Shown: positions 16,320 to 28,971 of the stretch, in pieces
Numbering within the stretch: the stretch's first letter is position 1
Layout of the letters: the number at the start of each line of letters is the position of its first letter
From: Planctomycetales bacterium
GTDB taxonomy: Bacteria; 4484-113; JAFGCY01
Reading direction: 5' to 3'
DNA: 32,000 nucleotides
NCBI GenBank assembly: GCA_022646745.1
Contig: CP060262.1
Coordinates: 3,390,001-3,422,000 of the forward strand
The notes under the pieces: generated by a model
The model's database searches: none
Seen by the model: the letters and a program-made list of their open reading frames with translations, nothing else
What the model was told of the DNA's origin: nothing
Made by a program: the position numbers and the translations under genes

Positions 16320-17102
16320 ATGAGCAACGCATCCGGAGTTATCGCCCGCCGGGAACTTAAGGCTGAGGAACAGGCGGCCAAGGAGCGCCTCGAGGAAAAG
16401 GGCAATGAGGCACTCGATAATGAGGACTACAAGCTGGCGCTTGAATGCTTCCACAAGATTACGATCCTCGATGGTGCCGACCCCAACGGCTGGAACATGC
16501 TCGGGGTCTGCTTCTCGAACCTTGAGTTCGCCAAGGAGGCCTGGCGCAGCTACATGCTGGCGCTGGCTGCCGACCCTGAGAACCTCGATGCGCTCTGGTA
16601 CGCAGCCGAGTTCCTCACCAGCATGGAGGACTTCGAGCTGGCTCGCCTGATGCTGAGTCGCTACATGGAGCTGGAGAGCGACGAGGAACGCCTCGATGAG
16701 GCCCGCGAGGAACTGGACGAGGTCAACCGCCAGCTTGGCGACCGCCGCAGTGGCACGAAGACAATCAATACGACTGATGATGACATTGACGACATCCAGC
16801 TCGAGATGGATGACGATTCCGATCCGGAGGAGCTGCCCGAGGGCTTCGAGATGGATGAGGACGAGGTTGAGTTGTCGATGGATTTCAGCAGCGCTGATGA
16901 CGATTTCGAGGACGAGGCTGAAGAAGAGTTTGCGGATGACGATAACACTGGCATGTCTGACGAGGAGGAAGAGACCTTCGTGGCCAGTGTGACCCTGCAG
17001 CTGACCGGCGTGGCGATGAGCTGCAGCAACTGCGGCACGGCGCTGCCCGCCGATGCGCCCTATTGCTTCAGCTGCAAGTCCATCTGCTTCTACGAGGACT
17101 GA
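16320..17102 (+). CDS. TPR-repeat protein with a long acidic disordered region and a C-terminal zinc ribbon
   Basis: GGAGGA lies 9 nt upstream of the ATG. TPR-like helices (YKLALECFHKITILDGADPNGWNMLGVCF..., AWRSYMLALAADPENLDALWY). About 80 aa of D/E-rich sequence. CSNCG...CFSC at the C-terminus. Confidence 0.75.
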   Translation: MSNASGVIARRELKAEEQAAKERLEEKGNEALDNEDYKLALECFHKITILDGADPNGWNMLGVCFSNLEFAKEAWRSYMLALAADPENLDALWYAAEFLTSMEDFELARLMLSRYMELESDEERLDEAREELDEVNRQLGDRRSGTKTINTTDDDIDDIQLEMDDDSDPEELPEGFEMDEDEVELSMDFSSADDDFEDEAEEEFADDDNTGMSDEEEETFVASVTLQLTGVAMSCSNCGTALPADAPYCFSCKSICFYED

Positions 17103-17113
17103 TCAATGTCCGG

Positions 17114-17806
17114 ATGCTTTCCCGCCTCACAGTTACCGCCTGCCTGCTGACCATCGCGCTGCTGCTTGCAGCCTGCGACAAGCTCGGCAGCCTCGCTGAC
17201 AACCGCAACATCGAGGTTGCCGACCAGCTGTCGGCGATGCAGATTGCCATCCTCGAGGATGCCGGAGTCAGCGATGAGTCAGCCACTGAGGCTGCCGATG
17301 ACCAGCATGCCGTCAGCAATGCCAGCCATGACCCGTCCCACGAATCCGCCGCCGAGATGCGCCAGCGCGTGCGCGTGGCCGTGGTATCCGTTGTCGACCA
17401 GACTCTGTTTGGCGATGGGCAGGCAGAGGTAGCCGCAGATGAAGATCCGGCTGCCGCGACGAAGAAACAGGACGCCCTGCGCCGTGAGCGCCAGGTGCGC
17501 CAGGGTATCAACGCCCGCCTTGTACGCAACAGCCTGATTGACGTGGTCCAGCCGGCCAGCGAACACCTCGACCTGGCCCGCGCTGAGGTGATCACGATTG
17601 ACAGCGCCGCACTCAGCCAGGCCACGGCGATGCTGCTTGGGGAGCAGCTGCAGGTCGACTACATCATCAGCGTGCTGATCGACCGCGAGGGCCAGGACGT
17701 TGACATCACCGCCCAGCATGTGGCTGACGGCGCGATTATATTCCAGCAGACCCGTGACTGGAGCGCCAGGCTGCGCAGCATGCCGCCTGCCACCGAGGGT
17801 GAGTAG
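17114..17806 (+). CDS. lipoprotein of unknown function
   Basis: ATG at 17114 gives MLSRLTVTACLLTIALLLAAC (lipobox LAAC). The TTG at 17063 in the ORF track overlaps the preceding gene and precedes the signal peptide. Confidence 0.7.
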   Translation: MLSRLTVTACLLTIALLLAACDKLGSLADNRNIEVADQLSAMQIAILEDAGVSDESATEAADDQHAVSNASHDPSHESAAEMRQRVRVAVVSVVDQTLFGDGQAEVAADEDPAAATKKQDALRRERQVRQGINARLVRNSLIDVVQPASEHLDLARAEVITIDSAALSQATAMLLGEQLQVDYIISVLIDREGQDVDITAQHVADGAIIFQQTRDWSARLRSMPPATEGE

Positions 17807-18259
17807 TCAGGCCTTGTTGGCGGTGTCGACGATGATCGTCACCGGGCCATCGTTGACAAGTTCCACATCCATCTTCGCGCCGAACTCGCCGCTGGCAACG
17901 CTCAGCCCGTAGTCAGTTTCAAGCCGCCGCTTGAAGCGCTCCACCATTTCCTGTGCCTCGTCCGGCGGCATTGCAGAGGAGAATGACGGCCGGTTGCCGG
18001 AAGCCGTCGGGGCTGCCAATGTGAACTGCGAGACCACCAGCACGCTGCCGCCGACTGCGCCAACATCCAGGTTCATCTTTCCATCGTTGTCCGTGAAGAT
18101 GCGCATGCCGCTGACCTTGCGCGCCATGAATTCCAGCTCGGCCTCGGTATCACCCTTGAGCGCCGCCAGCAGCACCAGCAGGCCCTGCCCGATTTCACCC
18201 GTCACCCGGCCATCCACTGTCACCCTGGCCCGGCTGACGCGCTGGATCACTGCCCTCAC
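17807..18259 (-). CDS. dtd: D-aminoacyl-tRNA deacylase
   Basis: MRAVIQRVSRARVTVDG...GQGLLVLL...SQFTL...G.RPSF family motifs; 150 aa; 4-nt overlap with rel. Confidence 0.9.
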   Translation of the reverse strand: MRAVIQRVSRARVTVDGRVTGEIGQGLLVLLAALKGDTEAELEFMARKVSGMRIFTDNDGKMNLDVGAVGGSVLVVSQFTLAAPTASGNRPSFSSAMPPDEAQEMVERFKRRLETDYGLSVASGEFGAKMDVELVNDGPVTIIVDTANKA

Positions 18260-20559
18260 GCACCCTTCTCCGGTTCCGTGGCGGGTTCCTCCGGCAGCGC
18301 GCGGTCCACGCCGTAGACGTCCTCGATCTTCATGATCACTTCCATCACCTGCTTCAGCTCATGCACGTCCGCCACCTCCACCGTCAGGTCGAAGGTTGCC
18401 ATTTCGTCCGCGGCGAAGGCCGACGGCGAGGAACTGAACTCAGCGCCACCGAGGTTGATGCGGTTCTCACTGAGGAAGCGCAGCACCTCGAACAGCAAGC
18501 CGACGCGGTTGAGTGAATGCACGCGGATCCTCGCCGGGTAGCGCTTGTCCTCCACCTGGCTGGACCATTCCACCTCAACCAGCGAGCCGTCGCGCAGGTC
18601 ATGCTGCAGCTTCGGGCAGTCCAGCCGGTGCACATATACGATGCGGTCCGCGCGGTTGTGGACGCCGTAGAGCTTGTCCCCGGGCACCGGTGTACAGCAG
18701 GAGCGGATCTCGGCGCGGTTGCGCATCAGCTGCCCGCCGGTCAGCTGCAGGCCGAGTTCGTAGCCGACGCCGCTGAGCAGGCTGACCTTGCGGGTCTGCC
18801 GCTCGGGCTCTCCGCTCTTCTGCTTCGGCCCCTGTTCAACGCGCAGCTTGTGGATCTTCTTCAGCTCGGCGATGATCGTCGAGGTGTCGAACTCGCCGAT
18901 CGCGATCTTCTGGTACATCTCGTCAATGCTGCGCACCTTCATCGTCTTCAGCAGCAGGGCAAGCTTGTCGTTGGCCATCAGGTTCAGCGGGTATAGCCCC
19001 TGCCCGGTGATTAGCTGGCGCAGAAGCGTACGGCCGGCATTGATCCGTTCGTCGCGGCTGGCAGCCTTGAAATACTTGCGGATCTTCAGCATGCTCTTCG
19101 GGGACTTCACCATCATCAGGAACTCAGGCCGCGGTGCGGCATTGTCCTCGCGGGCCTTGATCACCTCCACGACGTCGCCATTGCGCAGCTCGTAGTTCAG
19201 CGGCACATGGTTGCCGTTCACCTTGGCCCCGCGGATGCTGTGGCCGAGGTTCGTGTGGATGTAGTAGGCGAAGTCCACCGGGGTCGCGCCAGCCGGCAGG
19301 TTGACAACCTCACCGCGCGGTGAGAGCACAAGTACCTGGTCGCCATGCAGCGACTCGCGGGTGCGCGCCACGAACTCCTCGGAGTTGACATCATCCTCGG
19401 ACAGCTCACGGATGAACTCCAGCCAGCTCTCGTCCTTCACGATGCGGGCCAGCTGCGGCTTTTCCTTGTAGCTCCAGTGCGCAGCAATGCCCTGGCGTGA
19501 TTCATAGTCCATGTTTTCGGTACGGATCTGACATTCCACCCAGCTGCCGCCGGGCCCGATCACCGTCGTATGCAGGGTCTGGTAGCCGTTCTCCTTCGGG
19601 CTGGCAACGAAGTCGCGGAAGCGCTCGAAGATCGGCTGCCAGCGGCTGTGCACCAGTCCCAGCACGCGGTAGCAGTCCAGCTCGACGCCCGCGATCACGA
19701 TGCGGATCGCCAGCAGGTCGTAGATCCCGTCGATCCCGACGCCCTGCACCTCCATCTTCTGGTGGATGCTCCACAGGTGCTTGGAGCGCCCGTAGATGCT
19801 GGCAACCTTGATCCCGTTCTTCTCCAGCAGCGAGCGCGTGGTGTTCACCATCTCCTGGATCTTCTGCTCATGCTCGTGGAAGTAGGTGCTGACCTGCTTC
19901 TTGAGCGTGGCGTACTCCTCCGGGTAGAGGTACTGGAACACCAGGTCCTCAAGCTCACTCGTGACCGTTCCGAGGCCCAGCCGCCGGGCGATCGGGATGT
20001 AGAACTCCAGTGTCTCGCGGCTGATGCGGATCCGCTTGTGGTCCGGCATCGATCCCAGCGTCTTCATGTTGTGCAGCCGGTCCGCGATCTTGATCACGAT
20101 CACCCGGTAGTCGTTCGTCATCGCGACGAACAGCTTCTGCAGGTTGCGCGCCTGGTTGGATGCCTTGTTGCGCCCGGTGAAGCGCGCGAAGAAGTCGATC
20201 TTCTTGATCTTCGTCAGGCTGTCCACCATATTGGCAACGTCATTGCCGAACAGCTGGCGGATCTGGTTGAGCCTGACGCTGGTGTCCTCCACCACGTCAT
20301 GCAGAATCGCGGCGATGATCGAGTCCGCATCCATCTCGAGGTCCATGCAGATCTCGGCCACTTCCAGCGGGTGCAGGATGTAGGGGCTGCCGTCCTTGCG
20401 CAGCTGTCCGTCATGGGCGGAAATCGCCAGTTCGTAGGCATTGCGCAGCCTGTCCTCATCAAAGCGCGGCATGCGCGAACGCAGCCTGTTGCTGATGTCG
20501 TTGAACAGGCTGTCCGCCTCGTAGTAATCGATGTTGCTGCTAACTGACCTGGGAGCCAT
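18256..20559 (-). CDS. rel: bifunctional (p)ppGpp synthetase/hydrolase (RelA/SpoT homologue)
   Basis: HD hydrolase motif (HPLEV...LHDVVEDT), synthetase region (YRVIVIKIADRLHNM; GYQTLHTTV), TGS and C-terminal ACT-like region; 767 aa. Confidence 0.9.
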   Translation of the reverse strand: MAPRSVSSNIDYYEADSLFNDISNRLRSRMPRFDEDRLRNAYELAISAHDGQLRKDGSPYILHPLEVAEICMDLEMDADSIIAAILHDVVEDTSVRLNQIRQLFGNDVANMVDSLTKIKKIDFFARFTGRNKASNQARNLQKLFVAMTNDYRVIVIKIADRLHNMKTLGSMPDHKRIRISRETLEFYIPIARRLGLGTVTSELEDLVFQYLYPEEYATLKKQVSTYFHEHEQKIQEMVNTTRSLLEKNGIKVASIYGRSKHLWSIHQKMEVQGVGIDGIYDLLAIRIVIAGVELDCYRVLGLVHSRWQPIFERFRDFVASPKENGYQTLHTTVIGPGGSWVECQIRTENMDYESRQGIAAHWSYKEKPQLARIVKDESWLEFIRELSEDDVNSEEFVARTRESLHGDQVLVLSPRGEVVNLPAGATPVDFAYYIHTNLGHSIRGAKVNGNHVPLNYELRNGDVVEVIKAREDNAAPRPEFLMMVKSPKSMLKIRKYFKAASRDERINAGRTLLRQLITGQGLYPLNLMANDKLALLLKTMKVRSIDEMYQKIAIGEFDTSTIIAELKKIHKLRVEQGPKQKSGEPERQTRKVSLLSGVGYELGLQLTGGQLMRNRAEIRSCCTPVPGDKLYGVHNRADRIVYVHRLDCPKLQHDLRDGSLVEVEWSSQVEDKRYPARIRVHSLNRVGLLFEVLRFLSENRINLGGAEFSSSPSAFAADEMATFDLTVEVADVHELKQVMEVIMKIEDVYGVDRALPEEPATEPEKGA

Positions 20560-22219
20560 CTTGCTTGATCAAACCGATTAACCTTAACATAACAGAGCGC
20601 TGGTTGTTCCAGTTGTCCGGTTCAAGTTCCACCACAGCCGTCAGCGGGGTGCCCTGCTGCAGTTCACGGTACAGGTGGCTCATGTTGAAGCCTGCCACCC
20701 GGACCTGGCGTGAACCGTCGGTCAGCACCAGGTTCAGGTGCGTGCGTTCCTTGCCCATGTAGCTGCAGCGACCGACATGCACTCCTTCCAGCCTGCAGAC
20801 CGGCGAGGGCAGCACATCATCAAACGGTGCCAGCGTCCACAGGTCATCCTCCAGCGCGGAACTCAGGTCCGTGATATGGATCGCGGGCAGTTCATTCCAG
20901 TCACCATGGGCTGCTGGGATATCTTCAGAAGCCCTCGGCTGCTCCAGGATTGCCGCCACGCTGTCCGCCCACTGCTCCCGGAAGGCATCCAGCGCATCCA
21001 CCCGCAGCTTGACTCCCGCCGCCGCCGCATGCCCGCCGAAGGATTCCAGCGTCTCCGTGCAGCCGGCCAGGCTGTCCACCAGGCTCACGCCACCAAAGCT
21101 GCGCGCGCTGCCGGTCAGCAGGTCGCTGTCCTGCGGGGACTGGGTCAGCACGATCGCCGGCCGCTTGAACTGTTCACAGATGCGTGCCGCCACGATGCCG
21201 ACGACGCCGATGTGCCAGTCCGCCGAGTACAGCACAAGCGATGGTGACTCATCAAATGACAGCGCCTGGCGGGATGCCTGGCGGTAGTTGTCATCCGTCA
21301 CTTCCTTGCGCTCGCGGTTCAGCAGGTCCAGCTGCAGTGCCTGGCGACGTGCCTCCTCACGGTCGGCACTGGCCAACAGGTCGCAGATCAGCTTGGCACT
21401 GCGCATCCGGCCCGCCGCATTCATGCGCGGGATCAGCTGGAAGGCCAGCTGGCGGGAGGTGTAGATGTCCATGCCGTGCAGCTGGCTGGTCTTCAGCAGC
21501 TCCTGCGCCCCGAGATTACCCGTCGTGGGCAGCATGCGCAGCGCCTGGTGCACCAGGAACCAGTTCTCCGGCACCAGCGGCACGATGTCGGCCAGCGTTG
21601 CCAGTCCGGCCAGTTCCGCCTCATCGCCGGCCATCTCTCCGCCCTCGCCCGCCAGCAGCTGGATCGCCATCAGCGCCAGTCCGGCGGTGCACAGCGGAGG
21701 AAGGTCCTCCAGCAGGTGCGGGTTCAGCACGGTGCAGTCCGGCAGCGTCTCCTTCGGGGAGTGGTGGTCGATCACCAGCACTTCCATCCCCGCGGCCCGC
21801 GCCTCGGCGATCTCATCCAGGTTTGCTGTGCCGCAGTCCAGTGCGATCAGGGCCTTGTAGCCCTGTTCACGGGCCTGGGCGATCACGCTGCTGTCCAGCC
21901 CGTAGCCATGCTTGAAGCGCGATGGCAGGAAGATGTTGCCAACCGCGCCCTGGTTGCGCATCCAGCGAAACAGCAGGAAGGCCGCAGTACTGCCGTCCAC
22001 GTCGTAGTCACCGAACAGCAGTACGGGCAGCTTCTCCGCCAGCACGCGCCGGATGAATGCCTCTGACTGCCGCCAGGCCTCACTGGCGTCGATGCGCGCA
22101 AGGGTGGCGGAGTCAATGAACTCCTCCCGTTCGAGGTGGGACAGGCGCAGGGCAAGCTGGGGGCTGTCGGCAAACAGGCGCCGGGTCACGGAAGCCAGGC
22201 CGTCCAGCCCTTTGGGCAT
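20540..22219 (-). CDS. recJ: single-stranded-DNA-specific exonuclease RecJ
   Basis: DHH motifs (LLFGDYDVDGSTA, LIALDCG, VIDHH) and GGHAAAAG (DHHA1). I place the start at the ATG at 22219, directly after the secF stop, because the ORF-track start at 22321 overlaps secF. Confidence 0.9.
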   Translation of the reverse strand: MPKGLDGLASVTRRLFADSPQLALRLSHLEREEFIDSATLARIDASEAWRQSEAFIRRVLAEKLPVLLFGDYDVDGSTAAFLLFRWMRNQGAVGNIFLPSRFKHGYGLDSSVIAQAREQGYKALIALDCGTANLDEIAEARAAGMEVLVIDHHSPKETLPDCTVLNPHLLEDLPPLCTAGLALMAIQLLAGEGGEMAGDEAELAGLATLADIVPLVPENWFLVHQALRMLPTTGNLGAQELLKTSQLHGMDIYTSRQLAFQLIPRMNAAGRMRSAKLICDLLASADREEARRQALQLDLLNRERKEVTDDNYRQASRQALSFDESPSLVLYSADWHIGVVGIVAARICEQFKRPAIVLTQSPQDSDLLTGSARSFGGVSLVDSLAGCTETLESFGGHAAAAGVKLRVDALDAFREQWADSVAAILEQPRASEDIPAAHGDWNELPAIHITDLSSALEDDLWTLAPFDDVLPSPVCRLEGVHVGRCSYMGKERTHLNLVLTDGSRQVRVAGFNMSHLYRELQQGTPLTAVVELEPDNWNNQRSVMLRLIGLIKQDGSQVS

Positions 22220-22220
22220 C

Positions 22221-23354
22221 CTACTTTCTCCGCTTCTGCGTACGGCGCTTGCTGGTCTTGCGCTCCAGCGCCTGGTCGATCTGGCGGCCAACTGTGCTGC
22301 TGCCCGCGCCGTCATCATCATCCGGCACTTCCATCACATCAACCACCGGCGCATCCATGATCTTGTCGCTCTCAAGGTCAGCACCAGTGTTCTGTCCCTT
22401 GCTGAGCCACATCATGATCGGGGCCGCGATGAAGATCGAGCTGTAGGCACCGGAGATCAGGCCGATGGCCATTGCCACCAGGAAGGGCCTGATGTTCTCA
22501 CCGCCGAGGATGATGAGCGCAATGATCATCACGATCGTGGTCAGAGAGGTGTTGATCGAACGCATCAGGGTCTGGTTCAGTGACAGGTCGCAGAGGTACT
22601 TCAGCGGGTACTTGTCCCCGGAGTGCCTTGCGTTCTCACGGATGCGGTCGAAGATGATGATCGTGTCGTTGATCGAGTAGCCGATGATCGTCAGCACGAC
22701 GGCGATGAAGCTGTCGGCCACCTCAAGGCGCAGCAGGGCTGCGAAGCCCAGCGTGATTGCCACGTCATGCAGCAGGGCGATGATCGCCGCGACGCTGTAC
22801 TGCCAGCGGCCGAAGCGCAGCAGGATGTACAGCATGATCAGGAAGGAACCGAAGATCAGTGCGTAGATCGTGTTGCGGATCAGCTCAGCGCCGATGGTGC
22901 CGGACACGTGGTCCTGCTCGAGGGTCTCGGGATTGGTGGCGGAGTCGTAGCCACCGTAGGCATCGCCGATCTGCTCCTTCATGCGGCGCAGGTTCTCAAC
23001 GCGGGCGTTGGAGAGGTCTGCCTCCGTGGCACCCTCTGCCTTGACAACCATCTTGATCGCAACCTGGGTAGGATCGTTGGCATAGACCTGCACGATCGGT
23101 TCACCCTCGGAGTACTCCTGCACGATCGCCTTCACGGCCTGGCCGTCAATGTCCATCGCCTCCGTGGTCTTGAGCAGCAGGTGTTCACCACCGGTGTAGT
23201 GGATGCTCAGGTTGAACCACTTGCCGGTCTTTGAGTGGTTGACGAACATGCCGCCGAACCCGACCAGGATCAGCAGGATGCTGATGGCAACCCAGACCGG
23301 GGCCCGGTCCATGTAACGGAAGAGTTTCTCGTTTTGTGTCGTCGTATCCTTCAT
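22221..23354 (-). CDS. secF: protein translocase subunit SecF
   Basis: Six-TM SecF pattern (HDVAITLGFAALL, IGYSINDTIIIFDRIREN). Confidence 0.9.
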   Translation of the reverse strand: MKDTTTQNEKLFRYMDRAPVWVAISILLILVGFGGMFVNHSKTGKWFNLSIHYTGGEHLLLKTTEAMDIDGQAVKAIVQEYSEGEPIVQVYANDPTQVAIKMVVKAEGATEADLSNARVENLRRMKEQIGDAYGGYDSATNPETLEQDHVSGTIGAELIRNTIYALIFGSFLIMLYILLRFGRWQYSVAAIIALLHDVAITLGFAALLRLEVADSFIAVVLTIIGYSINDTIIIFDRIRENARHSGDKYPLKYLCDLSLNQTLMRSINTSLTTIVMIIALIILGGENIRPFLVAMAIGLISGAYSSIFIAAPIMMWLSKGQNTGADLESDKIMDAPVVDVMEVPDDDDGAGSSTVGRQIDQALERKTSKRRTQKRRK

Positions 23355-23362
23355 TGATGCAC

Positions 23363-24637
23363 CTACCCGTACAGCTTCTCATTGCGTACCGCACTGGAAA
23401 GCGCTTCAAGCATGGTACGGGTGACGAACACTGCTGAGAACAGCGAAAGGATGATTCCCAGTGCCAGTGTGATCGCAAATCCCTTCACCGGGCCGCTGCC
23501 GAACCAGAACAGCACGACCGCGCCGATGAAGGTGGTGGCGTTTCCGTCGATGATGGCAACCCATGCGCGGGCGAAGGCTGCCTCGATGGCGGCCCGCAGG
23601 GTCTTGCCCCACCTGAGTTCCTCCTTCAACCGTTCGAAGATGATCACGTTGCCGTCGATCGCCATGCCGATTGAGAGGATGAAGGCCGCGATGCCCGGCA
23701 GGGTCATCGTGGCGTTGAACAGGCTGAAGTAACCGAGCACCAGCACCACGTAGGTTGCCAGCGCCACGGAGGCGACCACGCCGGGCAGGCGGTAGAACAC
23801 GATCACCAGCGCCAGCACGATCAGGAAGCCCAGCAGGCCGGCGCGGTAGCTCTTGTCAATGCTGGCCTGGCCAAGCGTCGGGCCGACCACGGAGGACTGC
23901 AGGATCTCCAGCGGGATCGGCAGTGCGCCGGCGTTGAGCTGGGTTGCCAGCTTGTGCGCCTCCTCCTGGGAGAACTCACCGGTGATCTGTCCACTGCCGC
24001 CCCAGATCGCGCTGTTGATTGACGGGCTGGTAATCACCGTGCCGTCAAGCAATACGGTCAGGTACTGGCCGATGTGGTTGTTCGTGAAACTGCCGAATGC
24101 CTCGGCGGCATCCTGCTTGAGCTCGAAGTTGATGCAGGGCTTGTTCATCTGGTCAAAGCCCACGCTCGCACTCTGCAGGTCGGACCCGTCAAAGATCTGT
24201 TCGTACTTGGCGTACTCATCCTTGCGGTTCTTGCTGCCATCAATGTTGAATTCAGTGCCCCGCGGCATGCTCTGGTTGCCGGTGTTGATGAACTCGAGGT
24301 AGGCGGTCTCACCGATGACGGAGATCACGCTGTCAGGATCGGACTCACCCGGGACCTGCAGCAGCAGCCGGTCGGTGCCGACGCTCGTGAGGTAGATCTC
24401 CTTCTGGCCCTGCGGGTCGACGCGGTTGCGCACGACTGCCTTGACACTGTCCATGTCCTTCGGGTCAGGCTCGCTGCCATCCTCGGGCACCGCTCGCAGC
24501 AGCACCTCGACTCCTCCGCGGAGGTCGAGGCCCTCGGTGACGATCGGTTCACCCTTCTGCAGCCTGTAGATGGGGTTGATCACTGCCACGGCAAGTACTG
24601 CCACGATGATCAACCAGTTGGTTACTTGGCGGCTCAT
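23363..24637 (-). CDS. secD: protein translocase subunit SecD
   Basis: LDLRGG, periplasmic P1 domain, C-terminal TM bundle (GIAAFILSIGMAIDGNVIIFERLKEE). AGGAG lies upstream of the ATG. Confidence 0.9.
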   Translation of the reverse strand: MSRQVTNWLIIVAVLAVAVINPIYRLQKGEPIVTEGLDLRGGVEVLLRAVPEDGSEPDPKDMDSVKAVVRNRVDPQGQKEIYLTSVGTDRLLLQVPGESDPDSVISVIGETAYLEFINTGNQSMPRGTEFNIDGSKNRKDEYAKYEQIFDGSDLQSASVGFDQMNKPCINFELKQDAAEAFGSFTNNHIGQYLTVLLDGTVITSPSINSAIWGGSGQITGEFSQEEAHKLATQLNAGALPIPLEILQSSVVGPTLGQASIDKSYRAGLLGFLIVLALVIVFYRLPGVVASVALATYVVLVLGYFSLFNATMTLPGIAAFILSIGMAIDGNVIIFERLKEELRWGKTLRAAIEAAFARAWVAIIDGNATTFIGAVVLFWFGSGPVKGFAITLALGIILSLFSAVFVTRTMLEALSSAVRNEKLYG

Positions 24638-24769
24638 TATTATTAGCTCCTAGGCCGGAAAAACGAACGGTAATTTTAGCACTCCCATGTAAAGGGAGCA
24701 ATAATGCGAAGTCAAAACCCGCGCCCTGTCGGGAACTGTTCCTAACTCCGTTAGTCTCGTTAAAGATTG

Positions 24770-28035
<3,266 letters not shown>

Positions 28036-28129
28036 TGATCATCTCCAGGTAGGGGGAAGGAAAGCCGGCGCTTGCTCCATCGGAGGCTGGCCCGCGGGAA
28101 TTTGGCAGTTGGTCACTCACCAAAAGCAG

Positions 28130-28135
28130 ATTATA
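28130..28135 (-). promoter_or_regulatory. candidate extended -10 box (TGcTATAAT) for carB
   Basis: Minus strand reads gcTGcTATAATctgctttt, about 95 nt upstream of the carB ATG. Confidence 0.35.
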
Positions 28136-28163
28136 GCAGCGGTTCCGCCCACCCTTCGCCGTT

Positions 28164-28169
28164 TACAAT
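28164..28169 (+). promoter_or_regulatory. candidate -10 box (TACAAT) 6 nt upstream of the hydratase ATG (leaderless configuration)
   Basis: gttTACAATcaggcaATG; no Shine-Dalgarno sequence between them. Confidence 0.35.
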
Positions 28170-28175
28170 CAGGCA

Positions 28176-28967
28176 ATGCAGCAATACGAGTGCATCAGCA
28201 TTGAACGCGGGCAGGATGTGGCCACCTGTCTGCTGGACAGGCCGGATCGCCGCAATGCGATCAACCCGCAGATGATCGCGGAACTGACTGGATTCTTCCG
28301 CGATGAGCTGCCCGGCAGCGGCATCCGCGCAGTCGTGCTGCGTGGCAGTAATGGCTTCTTCTGCGCCGGTGCCGACCTCAACTGGATGAAGGAAAGCGCA
28401 TCCTTCAGCGCGGAGCAGAACCACGCTGACGCCCTCGCGCTGTATGACATGTTCGATGCCCTGGACAGTGCCCCCTGTCTCACGATTGCCGCTGTGGAAG
28501 GCGGGGCCTTCGGCGGCGGGATCGGGATGATCGCCTGCTGCGACGTGGCCATCGGTGTCCATGGCACGAAGTACTCGTTGAGCGAACTGCGGCTCGGACT
28601 CTCCCCGGCCACGATCTCCCCCTTCGTCACTGCAAAGGTCGGTGCTTCCTATGCACGGATGCTGATGCTGAGCGCCATTGCCTTTGATGATGCAAAAGCG
28701 CTGGAATGCGGCCTGCTGCAGGAATGCTGTTCTGCCGCTGACCTGGACCACCGGGTGGACAGTTACGTCACGGCTGCCCTGCAGTGCTCACCAGCTGCGC
28801 TGGCCGCCACCAAGCAGCTGCTGCGGGAAAATGCCAACATGGGATCCGACATTCGCGTACGCACCGCGAAACTGATTGCCCACCTGCGCACTTCCCCCGA
28901 GGGCCAGGAGGGCCTGGCCTCCTTCCTCGAGAAGCGCAAGCCGGCCTGGGTGCCCGCTGGCGACTGA
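28176..28967 (+). CDS. enoyl-CoA hydratase/isomerase (crotonase) family protein
   Basis: LDRPDRRNAI...VVLRGSNGFFCAGADL...AAVEGGAFGGG crotonase motifs; 263 aa. Confidence 0.8.
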   Translation: MQQYECISIERGQDVATCLLDRPDRRNAINPQMIAELTGFFRDELPGSGIRAVVLRGSNGFFCAGADLNWMKESASFSAEQNHADALALYDMFDALDSAPCLTIAAVEGGAFGGGIGMIACCDVAIGVHGTKYSLSELRLGLSPATISPFVTAKVGASYARMLMLSAIAFDDAKALECGLLQECCSAADLDHRVDSYVTAALQCSPAALAATKQLLRENANMGSDIRVRTAKLIAHLRTSPEGQEGLASFLEKRKPAWVPAGD

Positions 28968-28971
28968 GCCG

